Source: Candidatus Sigynarchaeum calidifontis | GTDB lineage: Archaea; Asgardarchaeota; Lokiarchaeia; Sigyniarchaeales; Sigyniarchaeaceae | NCBI GenBank assembly: GCA_030587475.2 | Contig: JAUQYZ020000189.1 | Coordinates: 1 to 64,000, forward strand | Length of the DNA stretch: 64,000 nt | Reading direction: 5' to 3' | Shown here: in pieces, positions 59,589 to 64,000 of the stretch | Layout: every line of letters begins with the position of its first letter | Numbering within the stretch: position 1 is the stretch's first letter | Made by a program: the position numbers and the translations under genes | Notes under the pieces: model-generated | Seen by the model: only the letters and a program-made list of their open reading frames with translations | What the model was told of the DNA's origin: nothing | Databases searched by the model: none

Positions 59589-61241
59589 ATGGCATACTTA
59601 GTTGGTGGCGGAACCCAGCCATTACTCGTGCTGAAGGAAGGAACCGAACGCACTCAAAAAAAGGACGCGTTTTCGAATAACGTGGCTGCCGCGCTTGCAA
59701 TTGCGGAAGCCGTGCGGTCAACTTTGGGACCAAAAGGACTTGATAAGTTACTTGTCGATAGCCTTGGTGATCTCACGATCACGAACGACGGCGCGACGAT
59801 TCTCAAAGAGATTGATGTTCAGCATCCCACTGCAAAGATGATGGTCGAGGTTGCAAAGACCCAAGATGGTGAGGTCGGCGATGGAACAACATCCAGCGTG
59901 ATTCTTGCCGGGGCAATTCTCCAAAATGTCTCCGAACTCATCCAGAGCGGGGTGCATCCGAGCATCGTCGCATCGGGTATCTCCAAAGCTCGTGCCAAGG
60001 CTGTGGAAATCATCGACAAGATCGCGTACAAGGTCAAACCGAGCGAGAAAGAGCTCATGAAGAAGGTCATTGGCACGTCGATGAACAGCAAAGGCATCGC
60101 CTTCGGCAAGGATCGATTGTCGGAGCTCGTCCTCGAGGCAATGCTCACCCTCCAAGCTGCTGGGGTCAAAAACCTGAACAAGAACGTTAACAAGGTCAAG
60201 ATTATCAAGAAGGAGGGTGGTGATGCCTTGCACGACACTGCTCTCATCAAGGGGATCGTGCTCGACAAGGAGATCTGCCATACGCAGATGCCCCGCGAGG
60301 TCAAGAACGCGAAAATCGCCTTGCTTGGCTATCCCCTCGAGGTCAAGAAAGGTGAATGGGATGCGAAGATCTCGATCGACAGGCCGGATCAAGTCATGAG
60401 CTTCCTCGATGAAGAGGACAACATGATCAAGAAGAAAGTACAGAAAGTGCTCGATCTTGGTGCTAATGTCGTCTTATCTTCGAAATCGATCGATGACACG
60501 GCCGTACACTTCTTGAAGCAAGCCGGCGTCATGGCCATCAAGAGCATCACGAGCAGCGACATGAACCTCATCGCCGATGCGACCGGCGGTACCATCATCA
60601 ATTCGCTCGAGGACATCTCGCCGAAGGATCTCGGGACGTGCGAGATCATTCACGAGCAGACGGTCGCGGGCACGAAATACGTTTATCTCGAGGGTTGCAA
60701 GAACCCGAAAGCTCTCACGATATTTATCCGGGGTTCCGGCGGCAAGAGTCTCGATGAAACGGAACGTGGCTTGCACGATGCTCTCTGCATAGCGGCGACT
60801 TTGCTCACCGATCCAGCAATCGTTGCGGGCGGTGGTGCAGTGGAGGTGGAGCTCGCCAAGCAGCTCAACGAGTATGCGAAAACATTTTCCGGTCGCGAGC
60901 AGTTGGTCATCCAACAATTCGCCAAGGCGATGGAATCCATCCCGATCAGCCTCGTGGAGAATGCCGGCCTCGATGCAATCGAGATCGTTGGTCAAATCCG
61001 TGCCGCGCATAACGACAAGCCAAATAGCGCCTTTATAGGGTATAACTTGTTCACGAACAAGGTCGAGGACATGAAGGCGGCGGGAGTGCTCGAGCCAGCG
61101 GTCTTGATCAAGACGGCCATCAAAACAGCGGCAGAGGTGGCTGTCATGATCGTCCGCATCGATGATGTCATCAAGGGTTCCAAGCTCGGCCATGGCGGTG
61201 GTGGCGGCGGCAAAGGCACGCCTCCGATGCCCGAGGATTAA
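59589..61241 (+). CDS. ths: Thermosome (group II chaperonin) subunit
   Basis: [31 protein letters not shown] and ENAGLD motifs. Confidence 0.97.
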   Translation: MAYLVGGGTQPLLVLKEGTERTQKKDAFSNNVAAALAIAEAVRSTLGPKGLDKLLVDSLGDLTITNDGATILKEIDVQHPTAKMMVEVAKTQDGEVGDGTTSSVILAGAILQNVSELIQSGVHPSIVASGISKARAKAVEIIDKIAYKVKPSEKELMKKVIGTSMNSKGIAFGKDRLSELVLEAMLTLQAAGVKNLNKNVNKVKIIKKEGGDALHDTALIKGIVLDKEICHTQMPREVKNAKIALLGYPLEVKKGEWDAKISIDRPDQVMSFLDEEDNMIKKKVQKVLDLGANVVLSSKSIDDTAVHFLKQAGVMAIKSITSSDMNLIADATGGTIINSLEDISPKDLGTCEIIHEQTVAGTKYVYLEGCKNPKALTIFIRGSGGKSLDETERGLHDALCIAATLLTDPAIVAGGGAVEVELAKQLNEYAKTFSGREQLVIQQFAKAMESIPISLVENAGLDAIEIVGQIRAAHNDKPNSAFIGYNLFTNKVEDMKAAGVLEPAVLIKTAIKTAAEVAVMIVRIDDVIKGSKLGHGGGGGGKGTPPMPED

Positions 61242-61313
61242 AATTTCCCCCGGTTACTTTTTTTTTTCTTCTCGTGCGCAACATTTTAAAGCAGCGGTCG
61301 CCTTCTCGCATCG

Positions 61314-62111
61314 ATGGATTCTCCTCTCAAGTGGGTTGGCTCGAAGCGCTTGTTAAAAAGGCGCATCTGCTCGCTCATCCCGCGAGATCACGACACCTAC
61401 GTCGAACCATTCGTCGGCTCGGGTGCCGTGTTCTTTTTCAAGAATTCCACGCGGATGAATAACGAACCGAAACCATCCAAGTTGGAGGTACTCAACGACA
61501 TCGATGCGCTGCTCATTAATTTTTACAAAGTCATTCAAGACCCGCGCACTTTCAATGAATTCCTCGAACGGCTCGATTGCACGCTGGTTTCCAGGGATCT
61601 CTTCATGGAATATCGCCAATCCGATTGGAATACGCTCGATCCTGTCGAGAGAGCCTTCCGGATGTATTACATCGTAAAAACATCATTCGGCGGGCTCTTC
61701 CGGTTCAACCAGGAAGGCAAGTGCAATTCGCCCTTCGCGTCAACGCCGGACAAGAAGGCGCGCTCCTTTCTTTTCAAGAAAGAACCGCTCATCGCGGCAC
61801 ATGACAGGTTACAAGGCGTCGTGCTGCTTGATCTCGACTATGCAGCGGTTCTCGAAAAATACGACTCGCCCTCCACGTTCTTCTATATCGATCCCCCTTA
61901 TGAGACCGATTACGCCTATAACAAGCCATTCGACCACGATGCACTCGCCCGCCGATGCAAGCGCCTAAAGGGCAGGTTTGTCTTGTCCCTCAACTCGAGT
62001 TTCTCTGATCGATTCGCCGAATTTTCCATCGAGACAATCAAAGTGAATTATAGCGTAACTTGCAAGCCAGGCGACAACGCGTGGAGCGAGATCATCGTGA
62101 AAAACTATTAG
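61314..62111 (+). CDS. DNA adenine methyltransferase, D12/Dam family
   Basis: PLKWVGSK, EPFVGSG, LNDID and catalytic YIDPPY motifs; EIIVKNY end. Confidence 0.93.
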   Translation: MDSPLKWVGSKRLLKRRICSLIPRDHDTYVEPFVGSGAVFFFKNSTRMNNEPKPSKLEVLNDIDALLINFYKVIQDPRTFNEFLERLDCTLVSRDLFMEYRQSDWNTLDPVERAFRMYYIVKTSFGGLFRFNQEGKCNSPFASTPDKKARSFLFKKEPLIAAHDRLQGVVLLDLDYAAVLEKYDSPSTFFYIDPPYETDYAYNKPFDHDALARRCKRLKGRFVLSLNSSFSDRFAEFSIETIKVNYSVTCKPGDNAWSEIIVKNY

Positions 62112-62136
62112 CATTTGGTTCAATCGAGAGATCTAA

Positions 62137-62860
62137 CATGTATAAAGCACCCGCCAGTTTGTCTACATGGAGCGAATTTGCCCAGCAATTGAACCGTATT
62201 CTCCACGAATCACTTGCATTGTGCGAGCCTTGGTTCGGGCACGGGTCATTAATCTTTTCACCTTGCAAGCTGCATTTCAAGGTAAACGTGATCAACGATC
62301 CCGGGCAAGGCCTGTTAAAACTCTTCGAGATGGTTCGCATCGACAAACGCGCCCTCCGTGAAGCAATGGCGCATGAGCTGATCCAAGCTTGTTTACCGCA
62401 GTTCTCTAAACGATCTCCTTTCTTGAAAACGTCCAGTGATATAATCGATGGTGTTTCCGCCTTCCGCTTTTGTGTGGATCGCTTGATCATTGATCCGGTG
62501 GCAGCCACGGCGAACGATGCAGCATTCTCCGAGGCCATCGCTACCATTCACGAGAAACTCGTACCGGTTCTCGTTGAAAATTTACCTGTTACTGAATTCA
62601 TCAAGCGGTTCGACAAGCCATACACGGTTTTTTACATCCCCAAGTTCACTGGCGGCATCGCCGGTTCATTGGAAACTATTGGCATGTCGGTAAATCACTT
62701 GCAAGGGTGCCTCTTGATCGAGGCGAATAATGTCGACGAGATAATTAGTACCCTCCAGCGCTTTTTAAAAGACATCCGGTTGGCAAAAGTCGGCACGGTT
62801 GACTTCCCCACACGGCTGGACAAGAAAACGCGTCTTTTCATCATAAAACAAGGGGCATGA
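62137..62860 (+). CDS. Catalytically degenerate Dam-family paralogue (pseudo-methyltransferase)
   Basis: EPWFGHGSLIF, VINDP, IHEKLVPVLVENL, RFDKPYTVFYIPKF and LQGCLLI are colinear with the upstream MTase; DPPY is absent. Confidence 0.75.
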
Positions 62861-63584
62861 CTTTTGTAGAATGCAAATCTGCGTCCTTCTCGAGTATATT
62901 GTTGACACGATCGAGATGCTGCCAATGCACGACAAAGAATGGCTGCTGAAACTCGTCCACGAGCTTGAACATGTATTCATCGAACGGAAATGATGGGAGA
63001 CAAGGACGTGGACGGCCGCCGTGGACGATGATCCGCCGAACGAGCTTGCCCCGGATTTCGGGGGTCCGCCGCGACAATCTCGCTTGTGGTGGGTTCATCA
63101 TGACCACGCCGTCAACGTCTTTGAGGAGGACGATCACGGGAAAGGCGGGGTCACACGCGAGCGCCATTGCGAGCCAGTAGGTAATGCTGTCTGAGGTTAC
63201 CTCCCACGAGCGCGGCAAGTGGCCCTCACGTTCTCGCAGAAGACGAGTAACTGGCGGGAACAAAAGGTTCTCGATTCCTCGGCATTCTTTATGCATCATT
63301 TGGGCGCGCTCGTCCATTATACCTATCGCGAGCCAGTGCGCAGCTTCCAAGGGGTTTGTATTTTCCCCGCTGCGCTCATGCCAATCTTGGCAAATCCGGT
63401 TTGGATCCGATTCGTATTGCTCCCGTATCGAGTCAACGGGTTTTCCACCACCACATATCACATAAAATAAGTTATGCGGCCATGATCTTGCTAGATTCTT
63501 CAAGTCATGAGCTATTTTTTCCCGAAAAATGGAATTATCGAGCACTCTTCCGCATATTTTCAAAAAAACAAGTTTACCAACCAT
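62841..63584 (-). CDS. mfnE: Amino-acid-kinase family protein, MfnE-like (methanofuran biosynthesis)
   Basis: GGG..VD.IR, AHWLAI..MD, LPRSWEVTSDSI and LLKDVDG motifs; overlaps the mfnF-like gene. Confidence 0.7.
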   Translation of the reverse strand: MVGKLVFLKICGRVLDNSIFREKIAHDLKNLARSWPHNLFYVICGGGKPVDSIREQYESDPNRICQDWHERSGENTNPLEAAHWLAIGIMDERAQMMHKECRGIENLLFPPVTRLLREREGHLPRSWEVTSDSITYWLAMALACDPAFPVIVLLKDVDGVVMMNPPQARLSRRTPEIRGKLVRRIIVHGGRPRPCLPSFPFDEYMFKLVDEFQQPFFVVHWQHLDRVNNILEKDADLHSTKVMPLVL

Positions 63585-64000
63585 TGAATCCAACACCCTT
63601 CAAGTAACTGGCGAGTATGTGCAGAACTCCCAGCGCAGATGAAACGGTTGATGATGGCTTGCCTATTTTTTCTGCAAGAGGGATGATCTTGTTGAATCCG
63701 GCCTGCCTCGCCGCTTGCATCGCCAGGAAACCTTCACCAACCCCCGTCAACACGCACGTTAAAGTGCGATCGTATTGCCGGGTAACTTTTTCGAGTCCAT
63801 TTTGTACCATGCGTACTTGTTCTTGGGCGAGGAACCTCGCCATGTTCAGGATCACGTCATCCCCAAGTTCTGCCGCGTCCTCACAAACGATCCTTGCCAA
63901 CCGTTTTTTTGAATCTTCGATCGTGTTGGGACGACCATCGGCGGTGTCGCAATCATATTGTTCTCTCGTGATATTTCCGAGAATGAGGTGGACATCCGCC
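63574..64000 (-). CDS. mfnF: MfnF-like hydantoinase-A family protein (5' part lies outside the window)
   Basis: ADVHLILGNITREQYDCDTADGR...RLARIVCED and TGVGEGFLA motifs. Confidence 0.75.
   Translation of the reverse strand, partial: ADVHLILGNITREQYDCDTADGRPNTIEDSKKRLARIVCEDAAELGDDVILNMARFLAQEQVRMVQNGLEKVTRQYDRTLTCVLTGVGEGFLAMQAARQAGFNKIIPLAEKIGKPSSTVSSALGVLHILASYLKGVGFNGW

Noticed and set aside
61314-62860. Type II restriction-modification system
   Set aside because: The second ORF shows MTase-fold motifs rather than PD-(D/E)xK, HNH or GIY-YIG nuclease motifs
1-64000. CRISPR array, IS elements, rRNA
   Set aside because: No regularly spaced nucleotide repeats, transposase motifs or rRNA signatures were seen

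Overview
This is a gene-dense archaeal chromosomal segment, very probably from an Asgard (Lokiarchaeia-like) archaeon. That assignment is inferred from a BHB-intron tRNA-Thr, a thermosome, a PolB1-type polymerase, a short XPF, methanofuran genes mfnE/mfnF, an MglA-like small GTPase and several eukaryote-like domain architectures. No integrase, transposase, CRISPR array or rRNA was seen. The housekeeping and metabolic genes include AOR, aldolases, a MaoC pair, redox proteins, glycoside hydrolases and transporters. The most notable observations are: (1) a Dam-family adenine methyltransferase followed 25 bp later by a full-length, colinear, open paralogue that has lost DPPY, a candidate enzyme/pseudo-enzyme pair; (2) an alpha-solenoid protein carrying an adaptin-like appendage plus a Zn ribbon; (3) a FLCN/SMCR8-type uDENN/longin domain fused to a Myb-like HTH; (4) a profilin/roadblock-like ORF with an in-frame amber stop upstream of the MglA GTPase; (5) a TPR plus beta-propeller gene linked to a HEAT/Zn gene; (6) an M24-fold enzyme lacking canonical metal ligands next to a PIG-L deacetylase, within a dispersed set of amino-sugar genes. 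All family calls come from motif recognition by eye; no database searches were run.
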